Origin: Paecilomyces variotii
Taxonomy: Eukaryota
Direction: 5' to 3' (one strand)
DNA: 64,000 nucleotides
NCBI GenBank assembly: GCA_004022145.1
Contig: RCNU01000002.1
Numbering within the stretch: position 1 is the first letter of the stretch; each line of letters opens with the position of its first letter. A program made the position numbers and the translations under genes. The notes under the pieces were generated by a model. That model saw only the letters and a program-made list of their open reading frames with translations. It was not told the DNA's origin and did no database searches. Below, piece by piece: positions 50,463 to 62,528 of the stretch.

Positions 50463-52972
50463 CTAGACATTACGCTCTGCGTAGCTCTGGATCAGGCCCT
50501 CGAGCGTAGGCTCGTATTCTTTCAGGACTACCTTGTCCCCTTCCAAGACCGTGTTAGCCTGAACAAAGACTTTGCGGGGGATCTTCTTCTGCAGGACGAC
50601 CTCCCGGACTTTGGTTCCCCACCAGTCGTCCACATGAGTGATCTCATCATACAACTTCTTGCCTGCTTCGAAGTCAGCAGTACTCTTGTACACATGCAGC
50701 TTCTGCAGGTATTTCTCCACCGCAGGCCGTCCGTGTGTGAGAATCTTGGAGCGGTCCAGGTGAATCTCAAGGTCCGAGAGATCGTCCTTAGTATAGACGA
50801 GCTTTACGAAATCGTCCCCGGCATCGAGGAACGTTCGTAGGATACTGTAACGGGCCTGCATATGGGCCTGGCCCCATTTTCGGCTCTTAGGATCCCAGAA
50901 CTCCAGGGCGACAACACCAGCGCGGGCCATCTGCAAGTAAGCCGCAAACAGGACGTCACCAGCTTCGTTGGACAGGTCCTCTTTACCGTCTCCGAAACCG
51001 AAAATCTTCAAGATGCTGAAGTCACAGCTCAAGGCCATAGCCACACACTCTGCACGACACTCTTCATAAGAGGACGCAATGGGACCGAAAACAGAGCTCC
51101 ACGTCTGTCCTGGCTTGTACCACGTCGAAATAGGCTTATTGGTGACCGGGCTGATAGGTGGGTTGGACACATCGAAGTTATACTCTCCTGGTGCCGTTTC
51201 CTGCAGCAACTTGCCCGTACCATGTCCGAGGAGCTCATGGATTCCCACCTGGACTTCGAATGCCGGGTCACGGAAGTTACGATATACTTCAAGATCCTTC
51301 TCAGGAATAAAAGGAACCGGCTCGTTTGGAGCTTTGGCACTGAGCACGTTTCCGAGGGAGACGTTTTTGAAACCCAGATTCTGACGGATATCATCGTAGT
51401 TCGGCAGATTGATACCGGCAGGTATCCCACTGCCAGCGAAGCTTAATACTTCCAGAGAAGTAAAGTCTGGGCTGAGGAACTTGTCCTTCTCAAAGTCCTT
51501 GCCCCAGGGCAGCTTGGGGATCATATCCTCGGCACTGGATACCAATTTTCCAAACGCTTCCGTCCGTTCAACATTGACCTAGAACCGTTAGTATCCATGA
51601 AGACAATTAAAAAAAAGAGTAAAAAACATCGTCATCCTAGACTTAGTGACATACCATGGCGACGAACCCCTCCCACTCTCCTCTTACCCCATGAGGATCT
51701 CTGTAAGTTTCCACGAAACCAATATTGGTCTCGATCTCAGGGCCCTGGTCTTTGACCCAGATCCTTTGGCTTTCCTTAAAGGCCTCGATGGAACCGGTCT
51801 TGAAAGATTTAGCATATTGTTCGAGCATTTTCTTCTGCCTGTCGGTCTCAGCATTGAGAGCGGCTTGCTCTATGCTGTTGGCAATTCTTGCCATCTCCTC
51901 GGAATAGTCACCGAAAACAAGAGTGAGCTTCTTCCCCTGAAGCTTGCCCTCCAATTGCCAGTGGGCAGCATCTCCCAGGTCCCTGTCCTGTGCCGGAGGC
52001 GAGGGCATAGCAGATGCGATCAACAGTTCAAAGTCTCCATTATTGGTCTTCCTAAGTCTCGTATTCTCCAACGGGAGGCCCTTCTTCTCCAGGAAGTCTC
52101 CAATCGCAGTGATCTCATCCTTCGTGATCGACGGAGAATCGGGATAATACGTGGTCATATGCTTGCTCTCTGGGTAACCCAGATGCATCAGAGCCGGATC
52201 ATCAGTCTCGTAAATGCCACCTCCAGAAGTGTTCGCCTTCTCCCAAGCTGCCGTTGCTTCAGGACTAGCGGAAGCCAGTGCCTTCAGAGCAGCTGGCGAG
52301 ATTCTCGGAATGATCTTCGAGTCACCAAAGCCTTTATAATTGCCGCAGTTGCCCAGGAATTGGGCGGCATACTCGAGGAAGAAACGCAGATCCTCCTGGC
52401 TAACATTTGTCTTCTGAGCGAGATCTGACCAGTTACCCTTGCTGGCGTGATAGAGAGAGATGATCAGGTCGTATATCGGCTCTGATTCGGGTGAGACCTG
52501 TCGCAAAGTCACGCGAGTTCCTTCGAAGGCAGCTCTGCGAGTCCAATCGGAACACGTCAGCAACTTGGTTTGAAAAGAAGCATCGCAACCGAATCAAGAG
52601 AATGAAAATCCAGAAGATAGGGATACAAATTGAGGGCAACAACACTGACCTGCTCAGGAAGTGCGCGTATTTTCTTGACCTGTCACTCTTCAATTTCTCC
52701 CAGTGCGGCTTGATTTCTAGCCTCACCACCGTCGGCGGAGAATCCGCGAGATATTGTTGCTTTGCTTTGGCATCCATCGATACTCTCCGCGACCCAAGCG
52801 GGGTGAACGAATCAAGAGAGTTGTTGGTCGTACTGGCGCTCGTCGAGCTGGACTCTCTGAGATGCTGCTGCAATAGCTGCACGCGATGAACGATGGGGAA
52901 AGATGAAGGTCGGGGCAGAGCTAGATGGTGGACATGTCCAGCAGCTCTGGATAAGCTTCTCAGAGGGACCAT
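50463..52972 (-). CDS. DPP3: Dipeptidyl-peptidase III (peptidase M49)
   Basis: Diagnostic HELLGH and EECRAE zinc motifs, ETNIGFVETYRDPHG and GNYKGFGDSK; three exons. ATGs at 52972 and 52777. Confidence 0.95.
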
Positions 52973-53498
52973 AGCAGTTGATCGAGAGAGAGAGGGAGGG
53001 GTTGCTGCACCGCCTACTGTAACGGAAGCCCGATTGCGGTGCAGCCTGGCATTAATTGGAGTGAAACTGCCGGAAGGCGGACAGCTTCCCCGCATTGTAC
53101 GCCGATACTACACTATAGTACGGAGTACCTACTAAGTTAACTAACTAGCTAGTTACTCTACACACGTGGACAAGCTCTCGTCCTGTTAATATAGACTAAT
53201 ACTTATTACTCGCCGATATGATATGATCGTACAAGACGTCTCAACTGTTGACCTCAGAGATATTTGCTTCTAGCTGCAGGAATGGTATCTTCTAACAACT
53301 AAAACGTCAATGGAACAGGAATAACTCATACAACATAGAGGCAGGCCTTGTAGAGCCTAATCCAAGAATTGATATTTCGTAGATCATCAAACAACCCTCA
53401 CGCAGCTGGCATCAAGGAATTTCTGCACAAAGAAGCTTGCAGTTTTCGAGTCTCAATGCCGCATACCCGCCAAGAGAACAAAATCTAGGGTAGCCTGG

Positions 53499-56274
53499 TC
53501 ACAAAAGACTTTCATATTTATCCAGACCTTGTTTCTGCTGCTGCTGTCCTGCAGAAAACGAGCCAGAATTGTTGGATAACGCGTTGGGACTTGACAGATT
53601 CGCCCACGGGTTCTGGGTTGACCCAAAGCTAGTCGTGTTTTGTGGTGTCGGTATAGACATGGTCTGGGACTGCCGTGGTGTCGTTGTCGTCGTTGTTGTT
53701 TGTATCGTTGTCGAAGGAGGCGGAGGAATAGTGAATGCTGAGTAATTAGATTGCATCCCTGTCCCTCCTGCAGTGGGTATGGAAGAGCTAGACGCTGTCC
53801 TTGCGAAGCTTCCCAAGTTCGACATCGAGCTTGGTGATTGTCCCGTGGACAGGGACGCAACAGAAGACGCTGTATGCCTCTTTGCGGGTTCAAGAGATGG
53901 AAAGGCGCTCATATTCAAGTCAGGGGTGATCGTACGAGAGGGAATGCCCACATGTCCTATTGACGACTGATTGTTCGCCAGGCTTGTGGTCCCTTTCGCG
54001 TTCGACGACCAAGCGAACGTTGGTGTAGACGGTTGAGTGGACGTCTTCGTTACGGTCGAAGGTTGTGAGCTCCAATCGTCCCACAGATCGTTGCTGGCAG
54101 CATTAGACGTGCCAGATTTACCGAGAACGAGTCTTTCAAAGCTATCATTGGTTTCGTCAACAGCTGAATGACCGCTTAGCCCGGAAACCGCAGAATTATT
54201 CCTGGACCCATTCCTAAGGTCTGATCCGTTAGTGGAAGACAGTTCCTGCAATTTTTTCGTTTGCTCGTGTTCAATCTTCGCGGACAATGATTTGATAACT
54301 GCCATGTACTCTTCAAACTGCTTCAGATTGAGGAGGGGCCCCAGACTAAAGTTCCAAAGCACGGGAAGAACTTCCAAGGCAAGGAAATCTGTGTCTGCGA
54401 TTTTACCGACCTCGCGGAACACTTTCAGCGCCGCCATCATTACAGCTGGTTCTTTCGTTTTGATTGCCCTAAGGAGGGGCACAAGCTTTTCTTGGACAGT
54501 GTATTTGTCCAAGATTGAAGATGTCGTCTTTTTGGACTTGCCACTTTGTACGACTCCAGATAGATCGTCTTCGGGGATCGAAGGGCTTTTGATAGACCCA
54601 CCACACAACACCACGAAAGCTTCCAAGCCACGGACTTTGATAGCAAGACTGGCCGTTTTACTGAATGTACTTGCAATTGGCGGAAAAACTTCATTCTTGA
54701 CGGTGGAAAAGTCGAGAACAGGAAGTATCACTGATAAACACTTCATGGCAGCGTCGACAAGTGCATGAGTTGGGGACTCCATTCCAAGTCGAATAAGCGG
54801 CAACACATCTGCTTCAGAGTCAGTTTTGTTCACACTGGATAATTTCCCATCGATTCGAACCTTCTTTAAACTCCCTGCCAGAACAATTCTCTGCAATGAC
54901 GTTCATATTTTCAAGTACCGCCATGAGACCGGCCTCTTTGTTCGTGTCCCGTTCCCGAGTTGCAGCCTTGTTTCCGCTGGCTAGGAATATCTCTTTCAGT
55001 CGTGGGATCACCCTTTCAGGAAATATCTTACGACTGTTCGGCGACCTTTCAATGATCTTAAAAATATTTTGCAAAATGAGCGATAAAAGTTCACGGTCCT
55101 TCGTCTCCTCCAGTAGTATCCCTAGAACCTTCCTCTCCAATACTGACGTTGGAAACCCGGCTAGTACACGCTGAAGCCCACGCAAAAACTGAGACTTTTC
55201 GTTCGGCGTTTTTGTCGGCCATGATTCCAGAAACCGAATAGTTGACACCAGAACATTGTCGAAGTATTGTGATTGCTGGAATTCCCGAGCATTCATACGC
55301 TGAGCAGGCCGTCGTGTTATCAACCTGGGCAGCACGTGAGAAGCAAGATCATCAGGCAATGGTTTCGAGCTGAGAAATCCGTTGCTCTTAGTAGGTGTAC
55401 TTGAAGGGGAGCTGAGCAATTTTTTGTATGTATTCAGGTTCGAATGCGTCTGAAGCGGGGACACATGCGGGGAATTATAGATAGAGACAATGACCAGACC
55501 AAGGGAAAACAAATCGGCGGAAGGAGTGACATGGGAGTCCATCACAAAGTCAGGAGAGGTATAGTCGAGGTCGAGTTGAACTGAACTGGGTAGCCGTGGA
55601 TCATGATATAATATCTCAGAGAGGGCCAGCGGTGGCACAGAGGACGGCGTCTCAGAGGAATCGGCAGGTCCAGCAAATGCAAGACCAGCAATCTTCCAGT
55701 CAGACTTTGCATTGATGAAGATAGCTTGCGGGTTGAGATTTCCGTGTACGAGACCGGCAGATTCATGTAGGAATTCCAATCCCTTTGCAATCTGAAGAAG
55801 ACCCTTCTGGATTTCAAGCTCATCCATCTCAACATCTCCTCCAGTTCTCGCCCCGTTAGCCCCTGCTGCATAACGGCTCTCTCTATCCTTCTCCTGCAAG
55901 ATGCCAGACAGCGAGGCAGTGACGGGCTCCGTCGCAAACATCAGACCCCCATTTCGCGTCTCTTCCACGGGCTCCAATACCTGAAGAATTGAAGGATGCC
56001 GCAAGCGCGACAAAGTGCTAGCTTCCCGCTTCAGACGCTCTACTACTTCATCATGCAATTTCTTTGTTGAGGAATTGCTGGAGCGATTGCCAAACCCACT
56101 GGATCGAGAGTCGAGCGATTTCCGCTCAAAAACAAAAATAGATGCAGCATTCCCCGTGGACTTTTTCTTTCCATCATAGACTTTCCACGGGCCAGAGACC
56201 AGGGTTGCAGTTGGAGAGATCTGATAATTAGATGAGATGTTGGAAGTGAACGACTTTAGCGCAGATGAAAACAT
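53499..56274 (-). CDS. SCY1: SCY1-family pseudokinase with HEAT-like repeats
   Basis: LSRLRHPSILQVLEPVEE, VHGNLNP (no catalytic Asp), KSDWKIAGL; a helical repeat region and low-complexity tail. One intron near 54869-54811 joins the two track ORFs. Confidence 0.88.
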
Positions 56275-56545
56275 GATGAATGCACCAAATGCAATGATAT
56301 TTTAACAGGTCAGACCTCTTATAGTATGGGTATCTATGCTGTCAGCATGTCTGTAGAGCCGGGCCCCGACCAGAAGCAGGGTCATCCAGCCGCTACTCTG
56401 TCAGAAACATGCTATCAGAGTAAATAGGTACTGTTGGCTTTCCCAACCCGTGGCGGCTTCATGATGTGTCGGGCTCGAACGATGCGTGTCCACGTGACCG
56501 TATCGCTGTCTCGTGGGCTATTACCAATCAGAGACCTCTCCGCAC

Positions 56546-56557
56546 GCCGACGTCGGC
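56546..56557. promoter_or_regulatory. Leu3/LeuB-type site CCG-N4-CGG (GCCGACGTCGGC)
   Basis: Perfect 12-bp palindrome about 245 bp upstream of the aminotransferase ATG, near CCAAT (56524) and CACGTGAC (56490). Confidence 0.6.
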
Positions 56558-56800
56558 TCGGATTCCTCAGGCGGGAAAAGCTAAGTTAGGCTGACCGGCG
56601 ACAATAATTATCCATTATTATGATCTTTGTACGGCGCCAGCTCCGGAGGAGTCATCGCAACGAGCCTCCTCCTTTCTGACCGCCTCAATTATCTCCTGGA
56701 TTATATCTCACTCTTTGTACGTTTTCCCGCCGCATTCACCTCCCGCCTAATTGTCTCGTACTCATCCCATTCGCGATCAGTAGTACAGGAACTCCGCAGT

Positions 56801-58209
56801 ATGAGGCTATCTCATCGATTAGTCTGCGGCTCTGGCCTGCGGACCGGAAATGTGGCTTCCATCTATTCTCTGCAGGGTGTCGCTGCAAGCAGACTAGGAC
56901 AGAGGACCTACAGCAGCAAGTCGACACTGCCTGGGCTTGATCCGTCGAAGTTGACTATTGCGAAGACGACGACACCAAAGGAGCCGCTACCTCCGCAGGA
57001 GCTTGTGTTTGGAAAAACGTTCACCGGTACGCCTCTTCGTATAGACTGTGTTCTTAGAGAAATTGCTGACGGTGTTCAACTTGTTCATAGATCATATGCT
57101 CTCTATCGAATGGACTGCTTCCGATGGATGGCTGGCTCCGAGAATCACCCCTTACCAGAACCTGAGCCTCGATCCCGCGACTTGCGTGTTCCACTACGCC
57201 TTCGAATGTTTCGAGGGTATGAAAGCATACAAGGACAAGAATGGTAAAATTCGACTATTCCGACCTGACAAGAACATGGCGCGTCTGAACAAGTCATCTG
57301 CACGAATTGCCCTGCCAACGTTTGAGGGCGATGCTCTCATCAAGCTGATCGGAGAATTCGCCAAGCTGGAGAGCAAATTCATTCCAGAGTACGTTGAGTT
57401 GCTTGAACTTTACTGACCACGCGGCTAACGTGTCTGCAGCTCCCGAGGCTACTCGCTATATCTCAGACCGACCATGATTGGTACCCAGAGAACTCTGGGT
57501 GTCGGTCCTCCTGGCTCTGCTCTTCTTTTCGTTATCGCCAGTCCCGTGGGCCCTTACTACCCTACAGGATTTAAGGCTGTGTCGCTAGAAGCTACGGACT
57601 ATGCCGTGCGTGCCTGGCCAGGCGGTGTTGGTGACAAGAAGCTGGGTGCCAACTACGCGCCCTGCATTGTGCCCCAGCTCGAGGCCGCGTCGAGAGGATT
57701 CCAGCAGAACCTGTGGCTGTTTGGCGAGGAGGAATACGTGACAGAGGTCGGCACGATGAACCTCTTCATCGCCTTGAGGAACAAGGAGACTGGCCAGAAG
57801 GAGCTGGTCACTGCGCCCCTGGATGGCACCATTCTGGAGGGTGTCACTAGAGACTCTGTTCTCCAGCTCGCGCGTGAGAGATTGCTTCCTGAAGGATGGG
57901 CGGTATCGGAACGGAAAATCCGGATGTCGGAAGTCGCGGAGGCCGCGGAGACTGGACGCCTGATTGAGGTCTTTGGAGCCGGAACGGCTGCTATTGTGAG
58001 CCCTGTCCGCAAGATCAGCTACAAGGGCAAGCTGGTGGACTGTGGTTTGAAGGAGAACGAAGAAGCCGGCGAGATCGCTCTTCGGATGAAGAACTGGATC
58101 GAGAGTATCCAGTATGGTGATGAAGAGCACAAGTGGAGGTGAGTTAGGCGCCATTCATGATTCCGTTGGGTTTCAATTGCTGACTTCGATCTATAGTTAT
58201 GTCATCTAG
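56801..58209 (+). CDS. BAT1: Branched-chain amino acid aminotransferase, probably mitochondrial
   Basis: 4 exons. Motifs [38 protein letters not shown] (PLP Lys), EVGTMN, ILEGVTR, FGAGTAA. Arg/Ser-rich presequence. Confidence 0.93.
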
Positions 58210-58735
58210 ACAGGTAAAAGGCGGGAAGGGGAGAAGAGAGTTCTTTTCCATTGATTCTTCAGCTATGGTTCATTTTCTGCCAAAGGGGCAAATAGCGTTG
58301 TTTATTTCCTGCTTTGTAGATTACAGCATCTTAGAGTCAGCAGTCACATTGAAGTCAGTGACAAATACCATGAGAGCTCTCTTGCAGGTGGCTCTATATA
58401 TCTCAAACGTTGATAAATGTTTGTCACTAGTCCCGTTTTTCTATCACACGCCTAGCAGTGCACTATCCAGCTCTTTTGATTGTATCGACAAACTGCACTT
58501 AGCCGGAAGGCGTGGTTCTGCCCGATGAAAGTTTAGCGTACTATACTTGAGATTCGCTATACTGCCATCAGAGCCATCGAGTACTATGCCGGTTATATTT
58601 GAGACAGCAGTTAACTAGTTGGCCTCTATCCAGTATGTAAAGAGACCATTTCTTTCCATCGTTGCCGAAAACTTATAACTTGCGCAATGCAGTAACGAAT
58701 ATACACACCTGTGTGCTAGGTGTCTTAGAAATATT

Positions 58736-60076
58736 TCAGCTCTCCAATCCCCCCACAAGAAAAATATGATTGAGTAATTTGCTCGCAGATACTCGCCAGC
58801 CTGGATTCACCTGAAGCATCAGCAAAAGGAATGACGCAAAGTGCTGCGCATCCTTCGTATCAAATCCGGGTAACCGATCCATTAGGTATTCAGTAAAGCG
58901 TCCAACTCCCTGACCATTGTTTCCCAGGATTTGGCCAATGAGAAAATCATGCTCTTTGTCAATCTGTTCGGCCGAAAGGCCCAAAGTCCCTAGGGGAAAT
59001 AACGGCTCATTTGTCGCCAGTTCGAATATCTGCTTCAAAGTTAGATGGAAGAACCGGCTTCTAAGGATAGATACTTATAGCTTACCACACAACCCAAAGC
59101 CCAAATATCGACATTAGCGTCCCACGGATTCCGATGGATCAATTCAGGGGAACGCAAGGCTGTTGGTATCACCGGCCATTGGTCGCATTGTTGATCCCAC
59201 GTAGCTAGAAATATATGAGCCTCTTTCAATCTTCGATTTGGGCAGTATAATGAATTCATTACCTCCACCTAGATCACCTATTTTGACTGAAATTGTGGAA
59301 ATGTCTATATTGTCCAGCTGACCTCGACGTCGCTGCGAAGATACCAGATAGTTAGGTGCGCTATTATCGGCTTTGGTTCCTTCTAGCCATTTGACAGGAC
59401 TGAACTCCGGAGGCTGCAAGAACATCTCATTCGGCATCACTCCAGCAGGCGTGAACATAATATTTGCCGGTTGTAGATCTGTAGTGAGTCAACCGGAGTA
59501 CCACCTGAAAAATTGTGAAATGCACTCACCACAATGGATAATATGTGATTTGTGTAAGAAATCAAGACCAAGTAGAATTTGTTTAGTAACATTTCGTACG
59601 TAGTCTGTCCGATGTCGCGCTCCAGTGAGAGTCATTTCCTTGCCGTCGGAGATCATAACAGGAAATACAAGACATGAATGAGTTCCATTTGGACCGATAT
59701 GTTCGAAATGATCCAATAGTTCAACGATATGTGCTTTCCCGGGGTGATCCAGTTCTGTGATAGACAATTGACTAAGAATAGAAAGTTCTCGATTGTTATT
59801 TTCAGATGCATCTGCTTTAAGTATCTTCAATGCGACATGTCGCGTGGCCCTTCAAATATGACAGTCAGCTAGGTACCTACCGGCCGAGCAGTGAGTTTCA
59901 GAAACAGACCATTGATCATTTGCAAGCCATACTGTTGAATATTGACCAAATGCTAACTTTCCAGTAACTTCGTATCTCTGATTAAAAATGTCGTGAAGAT
60001 GTACTGGATGATAGCCTCCACGGCGATACTCTTCAACGGGCTCTACTACATCGTATATTCTCTCAAATCGTCTCAT
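58736..60076 (-). CDS. SRPK-like (CMGC) Ser/Thr protein kinase
   Basis: 5 exons: EEYRRGGYHPV, KLAFGQYSTVWLA, VALKILKA, HIGPNGTHSCLVF, IIHCDLQPANI, KIGDLG, LRSPE, DIWALGC. All splice junctions join in frame. Confidence 0.88.
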
Positions 60077-60409
60077 TTTGAATGCTGAACTGGAGGAAAA
60101 TGACAGGGTGAACTTGATTTCCTTGAATAAAATAGGCAGAATAGAGTTAAAACAACGGAGCCTAGGTGAAGATACTCGTGTACGCTGTCATGTGACGAGA
60201 AATGAGCCGTCCAATACTTAACAATGAACTATTCTTCTCTTCTCGGTGGCTTCCCCAGTCCTCGTACCATCTGCACGATCATCTCAAGAACTCCGTGAAT
60301 ATTAAAAAGCCGAACCCTCCCAACTTGGAACCAGAAAGACTTGATTAAATCTTATAATTTTATCTGCTTGGGAACATGAAGGCCTGAAGATGATTTACAC
60401 CTTCGATTC

Positions 60410-61610
60410 TCAGAGCTCACCTTTGAGAGAACCCCCGTCAGCAGTTATCCTTTCTCTCTCTTTTCGCTCGTTCTCCTCAATCAACGATTTTTGAAATTGC
60501 TCTTGGCGAGCTCTTCTCTCCCTCATCTTGTCCATCTCAGCTAGAAGCTCAGTTGTTTGCCTCTCCCTATCTTCGTCACTCTTTGCTGGTTTGTCCTTAT
60601 CTGCAGGACTGACCCAGTCAAATGGAACCGATTCCAACCATAAAGATCCATAGATCGGTTTAAAAGTCGGGTTTTCGGTTAGTATGCCAGGTGATATCGG
60701 CCGCCCGGCTTCTACAACACCGTCTGAGAAAAGGTTACCCCAGGCACCTCGCAACAATTCAGAATCTCGCGGCACCGGGACAAAGCCTAGCGGTTTCGGT
60801 GGATGGATCTTAAGGTACGACACTTTCCGTTCCCTTTCTTCGAGATATTTGGTAAATTTGGCGTCCGCATCGGCTTGCTGGTCGGGGGTGAACTGAATTT
60901 GAAACGGCTCGCTGTCTTGTGTGCTTTCTAACGACTTCGATTTGAGCAATGGGGGAAGATAAGTTTCGTCAAACCACTTCTCCCACCGCTCTGGCTTTCC
61001 AGGATCATTCTGAAGAGCCCACCAGTGCTGATGCAACTTCTTGAAGCGCTCATGTAGTGAAAACGGCTCGTCGGGAATGGGATTTCTCCGTGTCGTATTA
61101 CGGTTGGATATGGCTGAGACTGTCCGATCAATACCCGTCTCTTCCAGTACAAGCCACGAGACGTCAGCCCGCGTCTCGAGACTTCGTAGGTATTTCGAGC
61201 ACAAAGCATAGTCATCATCAGGCAGAGATGTAGGAAGAAACGTATCCCTCAAAACGTCGGAGATATAGGCGACTAGTGAATATTATTAGCCCGCCAGTAC
61301 AGACACGCGCATAATCGGCAATGAACTTGCGTAGGTCAGAACGGGAGTGTAACTACCTACCTTCTTTGATTGCATCAAGGACCGCTTGGTTATCTGGCAG
61401 ATCTCGGTAAGGGTTGGTACCAGCCCGATTCGCATCGTACGCAAGCCCGTCTTGTGTCTCGAACCAGCTCTCCAGATCTATCACGCCATAGCGATTTAGA
61501 AAATTGAGGCCCCATTCCAACAGCATCAAGAATGCCACTAGGCGTATGACCCATTTCACGAGCCGGGATCTCGCGAGGCCCCCGAGAAGCCGTGAGATAA
61601 ATTGAAGCAT
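60410..61610 (-). CDS. Hypothetical protein with N-terminal hydrophobic segment and C-terminal charged/coiled-coil tail
   Basis: Exon 1 from 61610 (MLQFISR...AIKE), GTAGGT...CACTAG intron, exon 2 (VAYISDVLRDTF...) in frame to stop 60410. Confidence 0.72.
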
Positions 61611-61919
61611 GTTGGCTAGAAGGCAATTGCCATGACATAAGGCTTTTGCCGTGCTACGCTATGAACCACCAACATATACTGTAGTGTCCGTCGGTCAATC
61701 GCACTGCATTTGCCTGTCTAGCTAGCTAGCACCACGGCGGCCGCAGAGACGCTCTGAGACTTCGTTTTTAGCGTCGACCCAAAGGAGCTTATGTAATTGT
61801 ATTTGAGGCCAATAGGATAAGCAATTTCTGGCGCTCCCTTAAGTACTTATATAGGAAAGTTATGATATTCAAGATAATCCGACTAATCACACTCCGGTGA
61901 GAAATATCAAGGAAAGGAG

Positions 61920-62528
61920 CTATTGCCTAGTCGAGCTTTCGGACACAATAAAGTGGCCTTTCTTTAAGTTCGTAGTCTCTTTAGGTATTGCAACCCAATT
62001 TCCAAGACTCTTAATTATTCCCTAAGCTCCTTATTAATTAGGTAGCTATAACCTTGTCTAATAAAACCCTTATTATAAAGTTTATATCCTAACTTTATTG
62101 ACCCTAGAATTTTAAGTTATAAAGCCTACAGTCTCTCTACTAATAACAAGTGCATTAGTTCAAAGGCCATATCGAAGATAATTGTGATGAAACAGCATCT
62201 ACGCAGTTATTCCTTCCTATTAAACTAAAAGAGGATCAAGCACTATCTACCCAATTCCTATACCTACTTAACAAGCCCTATCTACTAAAGATAGTGTGAT
62301 TCCTTAAACCTGCTCATTAGAGTCTAATATCAACTTAAAAGTTTATATTCGAACGTTCCTACCTATAGCAATAGAAACAAAGACTTGGCAAATTATTATA
62401 TCACACACTACCTGCCTTGATTAGGGCTTCACAGCGCATATTATTTTAAACTTTGATCTTCTTTTCGACGCTAGCTCTACAACTTTAGCCTGCAAGTTAA
62501 TTAATTCGTTAGATACATTATCAGACAT
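61920..62528 (-). pseudogene. RIP-mutated, intron-containing gene relic
   Basis: ATG 62528 (MSDNVSNELINLQAKV), GTAGT...TAG intron 62411-62363, then a long frame whose stops are nearly all TAA/TAG; very TpA-rich. Confidence 0.5.

Noticed and set aside
56627-56800. In-frame TTG-started extension upstream of the BAT ATG
   Set aside because: Pyrimidine-rich UTR-like sequence; ATG 56801 already gives a plausible presequence.
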